DNA of 58,187 nt from Nitrospinota bacterium (lineage in GTDB: Bacteria; UBA8248), in assembly GCA_030754595.1 (NCBI GenBank), contig JASLZZ010000030.1:1-58187 (forward strand), in the 5' to 3' direction. A program made the position numbers and the translations under genes. The notes under the pieces were generated by a model, which worked only from the letters and a program-made list of their open reading frames with translations, searched no databases and had not been told where the DNA came from. Numbering within the stretch: the stretch's first letter is position 1; the number at the start of each line of letters is the position of its first letter. Below, piece by piece: positions 57,880 through 58,187 of this stretch.

Positions 57880-58187
57880 CCTGATCTTCCCCCTCAAAAC
57901 CGGTCCATGCTGAGTGGGAGTATTTTCGGTATTCTTTCGGTGTGACCGCCCAACCCGGGGGGATTTAGATGAGCAAGAAGCGTCATACACCCGAGCAGAT
58001 CATATCCAAGCTGAGAGAAGCAGAAGTTCTTCTTTCCCAGGGCCAGAGCGTGCCTGTGGCCTGCAAGCGCACCGAGGTCTCAGAGCAGACCTATTATCGC
58101 TGGCGAAAGGACTACGGGGGACTTCGTAGCGACCAAGCCAAGCGGTTCAAGGAACTAGAGCGCGAGAATGGCCGTCTCAAGAAGCTC
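57880..58187 (+). mobile_element. IS3-family insertion sequence (left end plus the start of orfA); partial, continuing beyond the window end.
   Basis: The ~85-bp leader is shared with the copy at the window start. An IR-like TGACCGCCCAACCCGGGGGG lies upstream of orfA. Confidence 0.8.
57969..58187 (+). CDS. IS3-family transposase OrfA (partial).
   Basis: MSKKRHTPEQIISKLREAEVLLSQGQSVPVACKRTEVSEQTYYRWRKDYGGLRSDQAKRFKELERENGRLKKL is an HTH plus leucine zipper typical of IS3 OrfA. Confidence 0.85.
   Translation, partial: MSKKRHTPEQIISKLREAEVLLSQGQSVPVACKRTEVSEQTYYRWRKDYGGLRSDQAKRFKELERENGRLKKL

Overview
This 58 kb window is a high-GC (~62%) bacterial chromosomal segment under standard code 11; TGA ends many of the genes. 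It is bounded by two inward-facing, diverged copies of an IS3-family insertion sequence. The copy at the start is an internal-deletion derivative, and each copy has truncated a neighbouring gene. Most of the interior is a dense mosaic of catabolic and oxidoreductase genes and transporters. The enzyme genes include a TPP enzyme, a 2-hydroxyacid dehydrogenase, two FAH-family hydrolases, an enolase-superfamily enzyme, three PPOX/F420-type flavoproteins, a flavin reductase, an acyl-CoA ligase, a crotonase, two acyl-CoA dehydrogenases, HADH, two Zn-ADHs, an orphan XDH-family Mo subunit, an amidase, an M24 peptidase, Gfo/Idh/MocA, and alpha/beta hydrolases. The transporters are a TAXI-TRAP system with a giant 1115-aa permease, TctCBA, an RND pump, a DMT transporter and a decayed ABC locus. 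A housekeeping island sits inside this: tRNA-Ser(GCU), a cyclophilin gene, and the classic ffs(SRP RNA)-dnaX-ybaB-recR array, where the SRP RNA is not captured by the ORF track. The most notable observations are two in-frame TGA codons in neighbouring genes. The first is a clear AhpD-like selenoprotein with a CxxU motif and a downstream hairpin. The second is a 6PGDH-like dehydrogenase whose TGA replaces a conserved Gly/Ala and is followed by a perfect 16-nt palindrome. Other points of interest are a repeated ~35-bp motif bracketing a 6.6-kb gene block, an 850-bp intergenic region with an orphan promoter/terminator pair suggesting a small RNA, a tandem-domain ThyX, an amidase with a GatC-like C-terminal extension, and a low-GC island next to the 3' IS that carries a membrane-anchored zincin peptidase. 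I found no CRISPR array and no obvious defence or toxin system. All calls rest on reading the sequence and recalling family motifs; no database searches were run.
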